A program made the position numbers and the translations under genes. Of a stretch of DNA of 64,000 bases, positions 16,069-25,545 are shown in pieces. This DNA comes from Solirubrobacteraceae bacterium. Its GTDB lineage: Bacteria > Actinomycetota > Thermoleophilia > Solirubrobacterales > Solirubrobacteraceae. The notes beneath the pieces are model-generated. The model worked only from the letters and a program-made list of their open reading frames with translations. It did not search any database and was not told the DNA's origin. The stretch spans positions 16,253 to 80,252 of the forward strand of contig DATBBG010000060.1 in the NCBI GenBank assembly GCA_036271095.1. Reading direction: 5' to 3'. The first letter of the stretch is position 1. Each line of letters opens with the position of its first letter.

Positions 16069-17648
16069 GCCTGCGCCTGCGCATTGCCGGCGTCGCCGGT
16101 CTCGCCGTCGCGCTGGCAGTGCTCGCCGCGGCGATCGGCCTGTACCTGGCCGTGCGCTCGGACCTGCGCGGGCAGGTCGACGAATCGCTGAAGCAGCGCA
16201 CGCACGTGCTCGTCGCGCGCCGCGCGCCGCGCGCCGGTGCGCCCGGCGACGCCGGCGCGCTGCTCGCAGGCGGCGCGATCCCGCCCGGCAGCGACGCGCG
16301 ACGCGTCGGCCGGGCGCTGCTGCCGCAGCACATCCAGCCGGCGCGCTTCGGCGGCGCCAGCGGCTACGTGCAGTTCATCTCGCACACCGGCACGATCATC
16401 GTGCCCGGCGGGCAGGGCTCGACGCCGAAGATCACGCCGGACGCGCGCGAGAAGGCGATCGCCGCCAGCGGGCACGGCAGCGAGCTGAGCGATCGCACCG
16501 TCAAAGGCACGCACCTGCGCGTGCTGACGATCGGCGTCAGCGAGTCGAGCCGGATCGTCGCGGCGGCGACGGGGGCAGCGACGGCGACTGGGACGACGAC
16601 GAGCGGCGACGGAGCAGCGGCTCAGGGCGGCGCCGGGGCGAGCACGGCTGGCAGCGGCGCAACGGGCAAAGGCGGCGTCGTGCGCGGCGCCGTGATGACG
16701 GCGCTGCCGCTGACCGAGGTCGACCACGAGCTCAGCCACATCCTGCTGATCCTCGTGCTCGTCGGCGTCTGCGGGATCGCGCTCGCGGCGCTGCTCGGCG
16801 CGCTCGTCGCGCGCACGGCGCTCGCTCCGATCGTGCGCTTCACGCGCCGTACGGAGTCGCTCGCCGGTGAGCTGAACCTGTCCGAGCGCCTCGACGTGAA
16901 CGGCCGCGACGAGCTCTCGCGCCTGGCGCGCAGCTTCAACACGACGCTCGCCGCGCTCGAGGCGGCGCTTGCCGCACAGCGCCAGCTGATCGCCGATGCG
17001 AGCCACGAGCTGCGCACGCCGATCGCGACGCTGCGCGCGAACATCCAGATCCTCGAGGACGCCGAGCGGCTGCCGCCGGACGAGCAACGGCGCCTGCACG
17101 CGGACATCGTCAGCGAGCTCGACGAGCTGACTGCGCTCGTCGGCGACGTCGTCGAGCTCGCGCGCGGCGCGCGCGCCGACGAGGAGCTCTCCGATGTGCG
17201 TCTCGACGAGATCGTCGGCGATGCCGTCGCCGTCGCACGCCGTCGCGGCGAGCTGCGCTTCGAGCTCGAGCTGCAGCCGACGCTCGTGCGCGGCGAGGGC
17301 GCGCGGATCAGCCGCGCCGTCTCGAACCTGCTCGACAACGCGCGCAAGTGGAGCCCGCCCGACGGCGCCGTCGACGTCGTCCTGCGCGACGGCGTGCTCA
17401 GCGTGCGCGACCACGGGCCGGGCTTCGGCGAGCAGGATCTGTCGCGCGTGTTCGAGCGCTTCTACCGCTCCGAGCGTGCGCGCAAGCTGCCCGGCTCGGG
17501 GCTCGGTCTGGCGATCGTGCGCCAGGCTGCCGAAGCGCATGGAGGCTACGCGCGCGCGACGAACGCAGCCGACGGCGGCGCCCGCCTGGAGGTCAGCTTC
17601 GGCCCGCACACGCTGCTCGCGCTCGACAGCGAGCCGCTCTCCGTCTGA
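16065..17648 (+). CDS. HAMP-domain sensor histidine kinase (MprB-like)
   Basis: Two TM, HAMP (DELSRLARSFN), H-box ADASHELRTP, NLLDNA, DHGPG, GSGLGLAI. Confidence 0.95.
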   Translation: MSLRLRIAGVAGLAVALAVLAAAIGLYLAVRSDLRGQVDESLKQRTHVLVARRAPRAGAPGDAGALLAGGAIPPGSDARRVGRALLPQHIQPARFGGASGYVQFISHTGTIIVPGGQGSTPKITPDAREKAIAASGHGSELSDRTVKGTHLRVLTIGVSESSRIVAAATGAATATGTTTSGDGAAAQGGAGASTAGSGATGKGGVVRGAVMTALPLTEVDHELSHILLILVLVGVCGIALAALLGALVARTALAPIVRFTRRTESLAGELNLSERLDVNGRDELSRLARSFNTTLAALEAALAAQRQLIADASHELRTPIATLRANIQILEDAERLPPDEQRRLHADIVSELDELTALVGDVVELARGARADEELSDVRLDEIVGDAVAVARRRGELRFELELQPTLVRGEGARISRAVSNLLDNARKWSPPDGAVDVVLRDGVLSVRDHGPGFGEQDLSRVFERFYRSERARKLPGSGLGLAIVRQAAEAHGGYARATNAADGGARLEVSFGPHTLLALDSEPLSV

Positions 17649-17781
17649 CTCACTCGCGCCGCGCGAGCGCCCGTCTTCAGATCTTTAAGAAAAGTCGAAG
17701 ACCTGCTCAGAAGCTCTCGATCTTCGCCAAACGTGGGGTACGCTCGCCAAGTGGATTGCAAACTCAGGTGGAGGTGATCGG

Positions 17782-18531
17782 ATGGGTATGAAGGTCATCG
17801 GCGCCGGACTTCCGCGTACCGCAACGACTACGCAGATGTTCGCGCTGGAACAGCTTGGCTTCGGTCCCTGCTACCACATGCGCGATCTGCTCGCGGATCT
17901 GGAGACCGGCCTGCCGCTGTGGGAGGCGGCGTTCGAAGGCAACGCCGACTGGAGCACGATCTTCGGCGGCGATCGCGCGATCGCCTCGACCGTCGACTGG
18001 CCGTCGGCGTACTACTACCGCGAGCTGCTCGACTACTACCCCGACGCAAAGGTGCTGCTCAGCGCGCGCGACGCCGACGCTTGGGTGAACAGCATGCGCG
18101 GCACGATCTGGGCGCTGTTCCACGACCACGGCTCGGTCATCTACCACGTCTCCGAGGCGCGCGCATCCGTCGACTCGCTGTGGCGTCGCTACCTCGACTT
18201 GATGAGCGGGATGAACTGGGCGGCCGGCACTGGCGCGTTCGCCGGCGACCACGCCACCGACGAGGGCCTGGCCGCCTCGATGACCCGCTGGAACAACGAG
18301 GTCAAAGCGACCGTGCCGGCCGATCGCCTGCTCGCGTGGGATCCCTCCGAAGGCTGGGAGCCGCTGTGCGAGTTCCTCGAGGTCGACGTGCCCGCCGATC
18401 CGCTGCCGCGGCTCAACGACACGCATGCGTTCCGCGAGGGCATCATCGGCGGCGGCATCGCGACGGTCAACGAGTGGTGGGACGCGCGCGAGCGTCCGAC
18501 CGAAGGCCTGCACGGCGCTGCGCTCAGCTAG
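17782..18531 (+). CDS. Sulfotransferase family protein (P-loop, Sulfotransfer_4-like)
   Basis: KVIGAGLPRTAT, GPCYHM, VDWP..YYREL..YPDAKVLL..RD...W..S, GWEPLCEFL, P..P.PRLN. Confidence 0.88.
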   Translation: MGMKVIGAGLPRTATTTQMFALEQLGFGPCYHMRDLLADLETGLPLWEAAFEGNADWSTIFGGDRAIASTVDWPSAYYYRELLDYYPDAKVLLSARDADAWVNSMRGTIWALFHDHGSVIYHVSEARASVDSLWRRYLDLMSGMNWAAGTGAFAGDHATDEGLAASMTRWNNEVKATVPADRLLAWDPSEGWEPLCEFLEVDVPADPLPRLNDTHAFREGIIGGGIATVNEWWDARERPTEGLHGAALS

Positions 18532-18540
18532 CTCCGTGGG

Positions 18541-19962
18541 CTAGGCCGGCTCGACCGAGCGGCGCGCAGCGTCGGCGGCCGAGCCGGGGCCGATGAACGG
18601 GCTCAGCGTCAGGTAGATCAGCTGCGGCGCCGCGTCGCAGAGCTCGTCGACGCGTTCGTGCTCGATGTAGTGGTGGAGGATCTGCCAGATCCCGCCGGCG
18701 ACTGCCTCGGCGGCGATCGGCTTGACCTCGACGTGCGCAGCCGCTTGCTCGTAGCCGGGCTGCAAGTACTCGACGAACGCGCCGAGCGCGCTCTCGCGGA
18801 TCTCGATCGCCTGCGGGCTCGCGCCGAACGTGTCGACGAGCGTCAGATGCGCGTGATCGGGCTCTGAGCTGACGTAGCTGAGCAGCGCGTGCATGCCCGC
18901 CGCGATGCCGTCCGGCCACGATCCGGCGCGCGCGTCGTAGGCGTCGACCGTCACGCGCAGCGCCTGGTGCAGGCCGATCTTCTGCGCGCCGAGGAAAGCG
19001 TCGTGCTTGGTCGGATACATCTCGTAGAAGGTCTCGTGCGAGACGTTCGCGCGCGAGGCGATCTCCGGGATCGTCAGCCGCGCGAAGCCCTTCTCGGCGA
19101 CGATCGCCGCCGTCGCGTCGACGATCCGTTCGCGCTGGCTCTTGACGACGAGGTCGCGCGGGAGGTCGTGGCGCCCGCTCGGCAGGCGTCCCTCTGGACG
19201 CCGGTCGCGCACGCCGACGGCCGCCGTCGCGCCATTTGCGGCCGAGCGCGTCTGCACCCGCATCGGTCCTTCGAGCCCTAACGGCAGCTCATCGGGGTAG
19301 GCCGCCGCCCATGCGCTGAGCTGCTCGGCCATCTCGACGAGCTCCGCTGCGCGCCCGTCGCGCAGCCGCGTCGCCGAGACCTCGCGAATCCCGCCGATCA
19401 TGAACTTCGCGCTGAAGTCGCGCGAGCGCCCGCCGGCCGACTGCTCGCGACCCGCTTCGACGATCTGCTCGAGCGCGCTCAGAGTGCGGTTGCGCCGCTC
19501 CAGCGCGCGCGGGCCGGCGCCGAAGGTTCCGAGCAGCGCGAGCGTCATCGCCTGCGGTTCCTCGGCCGCGAGCTCGGCGAACGCGCGCAACGCGAGCTGC
19601 ACGCTCTGCTCCGGCGACTCGCCCGACTGGTGCGCTTCGGCGACTCGCCTCGTCGTGCGCCCGGCGATGTCCTCGTAGGCGCTCAGCAGCAGCTCTTCCT
19701 TGTCCGCGAAGAGGTTGTAGAACGTCGGGCGCGAGACGTGCGCGAGCTGCGTCAGGTCGAGGATCCGCACCGCCGGGTAGCCGCGCTCGGCGATCAGCTC
19801 GATCATCGCCGAACGCAGCCGCTCGCGCTGGTCGCGCTCGACCTGCTCGCGCGTCAACCCGTGTGCGCCCGTCGGCAGTCGGCGGTAGCGCGCGCCGCCC
19901 GAGCGCGCCGCGCCCGCGTTGGCGTCAGCTGGCTTCTTCGAGTTGACCTTACGCGTCGTCAT
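18541..19962 (-). CDS. Tandem (double) TetR-family regulator
   Basis: Two repeats of RLP.G.H.L....V...QRER..A....IAE.G(Y/F)...I......VS..TFY. Confidence 0.9.
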   Translation of the reverse strand: MTTRKVNSKKPADANAGAARSGGARYRRLPTGAHGLTREQVERDQRERLRSAMIELIAERGYPAVRILDLTQLAHVSRPTFYNLFADKEELLLSAYEDIAGRTTRRVAEAHQSGESPEQSVQLALRAFAELAAEEPQAMTLALLGTFGAGPRALERRNRTLSALEQIVEAGREQSAGGRSRDFSAKFMIGGIREVSATRLRDGRAAELVEMAEQLSAWAAAYPDELPLGLEGPMRVQTRSAANGATAAVGVRDRRPEGRLPSGRHDLPRDLVVKSQRERIVDATAAIVAEKGFARLTIPEIASRANVSHETFYEMYPTKHDAFLGAQKIGLHQALRVTVDAYDARAGSWPDGIAAGMHALLSYVSSEPDHAHLTLVDTFGASPQAIEIRESALGAFVEYLQPGYEQAAAHVEVKPIAAEAVAGGIWQILHHYIEHERVDELCDAAPQLIYLTLSPFIGPGSAADAARRSVEPA

Positions 19963-20104
19963 GTCGCCCCGTCACCCGTTGAAAACCCCTTGTTGACGCC
20001 AAACAGACGAAGCGTACCAAGCGTGCCCGGCAGCCGCCGTGAGCCACTTAGCGGTCGCTCATCAGGGGGCGGCGCGCGTCGCCGCCGAGGGATCGGCGCG
20101 TGGC

Positions 20105-22213
20105 TCAGCCGCGGATCGCTCGCGAGCTTGCGAGCACGTTGCCGGAGGCGTCGAGCGCTTGAACCTGCACGTAGGGCGCTGCCGCCGGCGTCGTGATTGC
20201 CGTCTCGAACCCGTTGCGCGCGGCCGTCGCGACCGGCGCCAGCGAGCTCGCCGTGGCGCCCGCCAGCACGCGCCACGTCGCCGTGCGCGTATCGCCGTTC
20301 CAGCTTGCGTAGACCGTTGCGCGGCCGCCCGAGATCGTGCTCGCGGCGATCGCCGGCGAGCTCGCCGGCGAGCCGGTCCAGGGGAACTTGTAGGTGCGAT
20401 AGGACTCGTAGCTGCCGTGCATGTGCGCGTCGAAAAGCACCTGCCCGCTGGAGCTGTACTCCGAGAAATATGGCTCCGACCCCCACCCGACGAACATATC
20501 GCCATTTTCGAGTAGTTGAATGCTTCCCTGACTGTCGGATGTCAGCGCCGGCGTGTGCTCGTACTGCGCGGCGACCGTCGCCGTGTTGCTCTGCGGGTTG
20601 ATCGCCAGCACGAGCCCGCGCGTCTGCGAGTGGACCTTCGGCGTCGAGCCGTTGTCGAAGATGCTGATCTCGCCGTTGGGCAGCGTCGTCGCGTCATGCT
20701 GGTAGGCCGTGCGCGTGCCCTCGCTCATCGTCACGCTCGAGTGATGCCCGCCGATCGTGCTGGCGATCTGCCCGCTCGTCGTGTTCAGCTCGTACATCGC
20801 CCACGTGTTGCGCGAGGAGATCAGCGTCGTGCCGGTCGTGCTCTGGTCGATCGAGTTGATGTGGAAGTAGTCGAACGGCCATTCCTTGCTGGCGTGCGTC
20901 GAGGAGCTGTAGGAGGCCGACAGCGGCACGTGGTCGATGCTGTGCCACTCGCGCCTGACGAGGCCGGTGTGCAGGTCGATTTCCTGGAACACGCTGTCGG
21001 TCACGGCGCCGCCCGTCGGGCCGCCGTCGCTCGAGAGGTTGCAGTCGATCGGGTTGAAGACCGTCAGCAGCGCTGTGTCGTCGGCGGTCAGTTTGAAGTC
21101 GTGCAGATCGGCGACGTAGCCGTTGCCCGCGTGAACGCGCCCGACCTGCTGGTAGGAGCTGTTCTCGATCACCTCTTCGCCCTCGCCAAAGCCCTGCTTG
21201 GGGATGTAGCCCTGCCACCACGTCAGCACCGGCTTGCCGTCGAGCTGCTGCACCTGCAGGTTCGTCGCCGCGACGACGTTCTTCGGCAGCGAGTCGAACC
21301 AGACGAGATTGCCTGCTTCGTCGAAGATCATCGGCCCCGGCGGGCCCGGCCCGGAGTAGGGCGCCGTGAAGATGTCGCCCGGCTCGCTGCTGGTCGAGTG
21401 CGTCGTCACTTCGATCGACGGCGGTTCGAGCTTCGGCGCCGAGTGGAAGTGCTGCTTCTCGTTGTAGTCCTTGCCCGACGGCGGGTTCGGTTTCGAGCGC
21501 GCCAGCACGTCTTGCGTGGCGACGACGAAGTGGTAGGCGAACGGCAGCGTGCGCGCGCCGCTCTTGACCTTGCCGCGCACCGTCACCGTCTCGCCCTGCG
21601 TGAACGGCTTCGATGGCACGAAGCTGGCGCCGTCGCCTTGCGAGTAGGCGCGCAGCTTGCCGCTGTGCTCGCCGCTGCTCGACCCCGTCGCGACGACGTC
21701 GGAGATCGCGCCGGCCGGCACGCCGAGGATGCTGATCTGCGTGTGCGCCGAAGCGGCGTAGGTGCCTGGCAGCGGCGCCACGCTGAGCGGCGTTCCGGGC
21801 AGCGTCGCCGAGCGGTTGATCGTCGTCGGTTCACAGCGCGCGACTGCCGGCGCGACGAACGCCGACTGCTCGGAGGCGATCCGATGTGAGGCGAACGCGA
21901 GCGTCGTCGCGCTGCCGAGCACGACGACGCCGCCGCCCAGCACCAGGCCTCGCCGCAGCCGCCGGTGCGCGCCGTTGCGCCGTCGCGGCCGCGGGCGTGC
22001 GCTCGCGCGCGCTCCGGCGACGGTCTGCGGCGTGCCCAGGCCGGCGGCCGCCAGCTCGGCCGCCTCGCGCTCGGCCGCCTGCCGTTCGGCGCGCTCGCGC
22101 GCGAGGCGCTCGCGCTCGCTTCGCGCGCGTGCCCGCTCTTGGGCTGCGAGCCGGCGCTCCTCGGCGGCACGCGCTGCAGCCGTTCGCCTGCGCTTGGAGC
22201 GGCGCCAGATCAT
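20105..22213 (-). CDS. Membrane-anchored arylsulfotransferase (ASST, Arylsulfotran_2-like)
   Basis: LTWWQG, DLHDF, DYFHINSI, ISSRNT, YQHDA, FDNG, SQGS, VYASWNG, GFETAI; start MIWRR overlaps the upstream stop (ATGA). Confidence 0.88.
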   Translation of the reverse strand: MIWRRSKRRRTAAARAAEERRLAAQERARARSERERLARERAERQAAEREAAELAAAGLGTPQTVAGARASARPRPRRRNGAHRRLRRGLVLGGGVVVLGSATTLAFASHRIASEQSAFVAPAVARCEPTTINRSATLPGTPLSVAPLPGTYAASAHTQISILGVPAGAISDVVATGSSSGEHSGKLRAYSQGDGASFVPSKPFTQGETVTVRGKVKSGARTLPFAYHFVVATQDVLARSKPNPPSGKDYNEKQHFHSAPKLEPPSIEVTTHSTSSEPGDIFTAPYSGPGPPGPMIFDEAGNLVWFDSLPKNVVAATNLQVQQLDGKPVLTWWQGYIPKQGFGEGEEVIENSSYQQVGRVHAGNGYVADLHDFKLTADDTALLTVFNPIDCNLSSDGGPTGGAVTDSVFQEIDLHTGLVRREWHSIDHVPLSASYSSSTHASKEWPFDYFHINSIDQSTTGTTLISSRNTWAMYELNTTSGQIASTIGGHHSSVTMSEGTRTAYQHDATTLPNGEISIFDNGSTPKVHSQTRGLVLAINPQSNTATVAAQYEHTPALTSDSQGSIQLLENGDMFVGWGSEPYFSEYSSSGQVLFDAHMHGSYESYRTYKFPWTGSPASSPAIAASTISGGRATVYASWNGDTRTATWRVLAGATASSLAPVATAARNGFETAITTPAAAPYVQVQALDASGNVLASSRAIRG

Positions 22214-23691
22214 GCGCCGCCCGCCTGGATCGCTTTCGAGGCCGCGAGCACTTTGCCCGAAGCGCTGAGCGCGCGCACCTGCACGTAGGCGGCCACCGGC
22301 GAGGGGATCGTCGTCTCGAAGCCGCTCTTCGGCGTCGTCGAGACGGGCGTCATGTGGCTCGCGCTCGAGCCAGTCGAGAGCTGCCAGGCGGTCACCGTCG
22401 TCGCGCCGTTCCAGCTCGCGTAGACCGCCGTCGCGCCGTCGCTCGTACGCGCGCTGATCGCCGGCGGTTCGCTCGGCTGCGCCGCCCACGGCTCGCGATA
22501 GACGCGATAGTCGCGCTCGCCGCTCGGCAGCTGCGCCGCGAACGAGAGCTGACCTTGCGCGTCGTATTCGGTGAAGCTCGCCAGTTCGTGCGTGTCGCTG
22601 ATCGAGCCGCCGTTCGCCAGCGACTGCAGGTCGGTCCATTCGCCGGCTGGGCTCGACAGGCACGGCACCGGCGCTGCATCGTGCGCGAGGCTGTGCCACT
22701 CGCGCATGACCAGACCCGTGTGCACGTCGATCTGCTGCACGACGCAGTCGAGCGTGAACGCGCTCGCCGGCGAGCCGGACGAAGCCGTGCTCGCCTGCAC
22801 CGGGCTGTACGCCGTGATGTACGCCGAGCCTTCCGGCGTCAGCATGAACTCGTGCTCGTCGGCCTGCAGGCCGTTGCCGGCCGCAACGACCGCGACGGTC
22901 TTGTAGTTCGCGTTGACGATCACGTCCTTGCCGACGCCGTAGCCGAGCGCGAGCGTCTTGCCGTGCCACCACGTCAAGTCGTTCTTGCCGTGAAACGCCT
23001 GAGTCTGCAGGTTCGCCGCGTCTTCGCCGCCAGGGAGCGGATGGAACCAGACGAGCGCGCCGTCGCTTTCGAAGATCATCGGCCCGTGCTGGCCGGGCCC
23101 GAGGAACGGCGCCGCGAAGACGTAGCCGGGAGCAGCGCCGGGGCCCGCGGCTTGGTTGATCGTGACCGTCGGCGGCTGCAGGTCGGGGCGCGACTGGAAG
23201 CTCTGCACGTCGGCCGGCGTGCCCGCCGTCGGCGGCAGTTCCGCCTGCGAGACCTCGCGCGGCTGCGCGATCGTGAACTCGTCGGAGAGCGTTCGATCGG
23301 CGCCCGGCGCGCTCGCCCACGTCGCGTGCACGCTCACGCGCTCGCCTGGCTGAAACGGCGTGCGCGGGACGAAGCTCGCGCCGCTCGCCGAGGCGTAGGA
23401 GCGCAGGCTGCCGCTGTGTCGCCCGCTGCGCGAGCCGACGACCGAGATCGCGCTGAGCGCGCTGGCCGAGGCGCCGAGGAAGCTGATCTGCGTCTCGGGC
23501 AACGCCGTCGGCGTGCCCGGCAGCGGCGAGATCGTCACGGCCGAGCCGGTCGCTGCCGCGATCGCCGACGAAGCCGCAGCGATCACAGACGTCGGCCCGG
23601 CGCCCGGCGAAGCCTGCGCGACTGCCGCTTGAGCTGCCATGCCTAGCGTTGCCAGCAGCGCGAGCGCGGCCAGACGCGTGCTTCCGTCCAT
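22210..23691 (-). CDS. Secreted ASST paralog with an internal deletion of the catalytic core
   Basis: Shares the N-terminal SPLPGTP..TQISFLG domain, LTWWHG, DEHEF and C-terminal VYASWNGAT/GFET, but lacks the FHxNSI, SRNT, QHDA and FDNG segments; GGAGG RBS. Confidence 0.82.
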   Translation of the reverse strand: MDGSTRLAALALLATLGMAAQAAVAQASPGAGPTSVIAAASSAIAAATGSAVTISPLPGTPTALPETQISFLGASASALSAISVVGSRSGRHSGSLRSYASASGASFVPRTPFQPGERVSVHATWASAPGADRTLSDEFTIAQPREVSQAELPPTAGTPADVQSFQSRPDLQPPTVTINQAAGPGAAPGYVFAAPFLGPGQHGPMIFESDGALVWFHPLPGGEDAANLQTQAFHGKNDLTWWHGKTLALGYGVGKDVIVNANYKTVAVVAAGNGLQADEHEFMLTPEGSAYITAYSPVQASTASSGSPASAFTLDCVVQQIDVHTGLVMREWHSLAHDAAPVPCLSSPAGEWTDLQSLANGGSISDTHELASFTEYDAQGQLSFAAQLPSGERDYRVYREPWAAQPSEPPAISARTSDGATAVYASWNGATTVTAWQLSTGSSASHMTPVSTTPKSGFETTIPSPVAAYVQVRALSASGKVLAASKAIQAGGA

Positions 23692-23850
23692 CGAACCTCC
23701 GAGAGCGTGTGTGCTGCGAATGCGGATCCTAACCACCGCTTACACGGCAACCGGCGCTTAGTTGCGCCGACTGGCGAGCGCTCTTAGCGAGCTCATACAC
23801 GCCGGGCATGCCTCGCGCGCGACGCTCGCGCGGTCGACGCGGCCGTGTCT

Positions 23851-25494
23851 TCAGAAGACAGGCGTCTCGGTGTAGTCGCCGAAGACCTGCTGCAGCGACT
23901 CGACGATCTCGCCCTCCGAGGCGCGTGCGCGCGCGCAGTCCAGCAGCGAGTCCATCAGGTTGCGATCGGCGTGCGCCGCGTCCTCGCGCAGCTTCGCCAG
24001 CGCCGCCTCGACCGCCGCGCCCTCGCGTGCCGCGCGCGCGCTCTGCAGCCGGTCGAGCTGCTTGCGTTCGAGCGCCGCGTCGATCCGCAGCGTCGGGATC
24101 GGCTGCTCGTCCTCGGCGACGAAGCGGTTGACGCCGACGACGACGCGCTCGCCGGCGTCGATCTCCTGCTGCAGCGTGAACGCCGCATCGGCGATCTCAC
24201 GCTGCGGGTAGTTGCGCTTGACCGCCGCGACCATCCCGCCGAGCTCGTCGATCTTGGCGAAGTACTCGTACGCCTTCGCCTCCATCTCGTCGGTCAGCGC
24301 CTCGACGAAGTAGGAGCCGCCGAGCGGGTCGACCGTGCTCGCGACGCCGGTCTCGTGTGCGATCACCTGCTGCGTGCGCAGCGCGATCGTGACGGCCTCC
24401 TCGGTCGGCAGCGCGAGCGCCTCGTCGTAGGAGTTCGTGTGCAGCGACTGCGTCCCGCCGAGCACGCCGGCGAGCGCCTCGACGGTCGTGCGGATGATGT
24501 TGTTCAGCGGCTGCTGCGCAGTCAAGCTGACGCCGGCCGTCTGCGTGTGGAAGCGCATCTGCCACGAGCGCTCGCTCTTGGCGCCGTAGGTCTGCTTCAG
24601 CTCGCGTGCCCAGATCCGCCGCGCCGCGCGGTACTTCGCGATCTCCTCGAAGAAGTCGATCTGCGCGTTGAAGAAGAAGCTCAAGCGCGGCGCGAAGTCA
24701 TCGACGTCGAGGCCGCGCTCGATTGCCTGCTCGACGTAGGTGAAGCCGTCCTTGAGCGTGAACGCGAGCTCCTGCTGCGCCGTCGAGCCGGCCTCGCGGA
24801 TGTGGTAGCCGGAGATCGAGATCGGGTGCCAGCGCGGCATCTCGCGCGTGCACCACTCGATCATGTCGCCGCACAGGCGCATCGCCGGGTCGATCGGGAA
24901 GCACCACTCCTTCTGCGCGATGTACTCCTTGAGGATGTCCGCCTGGATCGTCCCCGACAGTCGCTCGGCCGGTATTGGCCCGGCGGCGCTCGTGCCGGCC
25001 TCGGCGGCGGCGACGTAGAACGCCAGCATGATCGCCGCCGGCGCGTTGATCGTCATCGAGACGGAGACCTCGCCGAGGTCGATGCCGCCGAACAGCGTCT
25101 GCATGTCCTCGAGCGTGTCGACGGCGACGCCCTCGCGGCCGACCTCGCCGAGCGAGCGCGCGTGGTCGGAGTCGTGCCCCATCAGCGAAGGCATGTCGAA
25201 CGCCGTCGAGAGCCCCGTCTGGCCGTGCTCGAGCAGGTAGCGAAAGCGCTCGTTCGTCTCCTCGCTGGTGCCGAAGCCGGCGAACTGGCGCATCGTCCAC
25301 AGCCGGCCGCGATACATCGAGGAGTGGATCCCGCGCGTGAACGGGTACTCGCCGGGCAGGCCGATCGGATCGTGCTCGGCGCCAACCCCGTCGGGTAGGT
25401 CGGCAGGCGTGTAGAGCTCGCGCACGGGCTCACCCGAGAGCGTCTTGAAGCTGGATTCGGTCGCCTGCGCGGCAGGCTTCGCGGTGACGGCCAT
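23851..25494 (-). CDS. icmA: B12-dependent acyl-CoA mutase large (substrate-binding) subunit, isobutyryl-CoA mutase type
   Basis: [63 protein letters not shown]; no C-terminal B12-binding domain. Confidence 0.8.
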   Translation of the reverse strand: MAVTAKPAAQATESSFKTLSGEPVRELYTPADLPDGVGAEHDPIGLPGEYPFTRGIHSSMYRGRLWTMRQFAGFGTSEETNERFRYLLEHGQTGLSTAFDMPSLMGHDSDHARSLGEVGREGVAVDTLEDMQTLFGGIDLGEVSVSMTINAPAAIMLAFYVAAAEAGTSAAGPIPAERLSGTIQADILKEYIAQKEWCFPIDPAMRLCGDMIEWCTREMPRWHPISISGYHIREAGSTAQQELAFTLKDGFTYVEQAIERGLDVDDFAPRLSFFFNAQIDFFEEIAKYRAARRIWARELKQTYGAKSERSWQMRFHTQTAGVSLTAQQPLNNIIRTTVEALAGVLGGTQSLHTNSYDEALALPTEEAVTIALRTQQVIAHETGVASTVDPLGGSYFVEALTDEMEAKAYEYFAKIDELGGMVAAVKRNYPQREIADAAFTLQQEIDAGERVVVGVNRFVAEDEQPIPTLRIDAALERKQLDRLQSARAAREGAAVEAALAKLREDAAHADRNLMDSLLDCARARASEGEIVESLQQVFGDYTETPVF

Positions 25495-25545
25495 CGCAGC
25501 CCAATGCTACCCGTCGCGTCTGCACCCGCTCGCGCGCGTCGGCGC

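Noticed and set aside
20105-23320. 1071-aa ORF as a single protein
   Set aside because: The first ~370 aa are an alternative frame over the upstream ASST paralog; the credible start is ATG 22213 with an ATGA overlap
25495-25545. Cobalamin riboswitch ahead of the B12-dependent mutase
   Set aside because: Only about 50 nt of intergenic space, and no B12-box is visible
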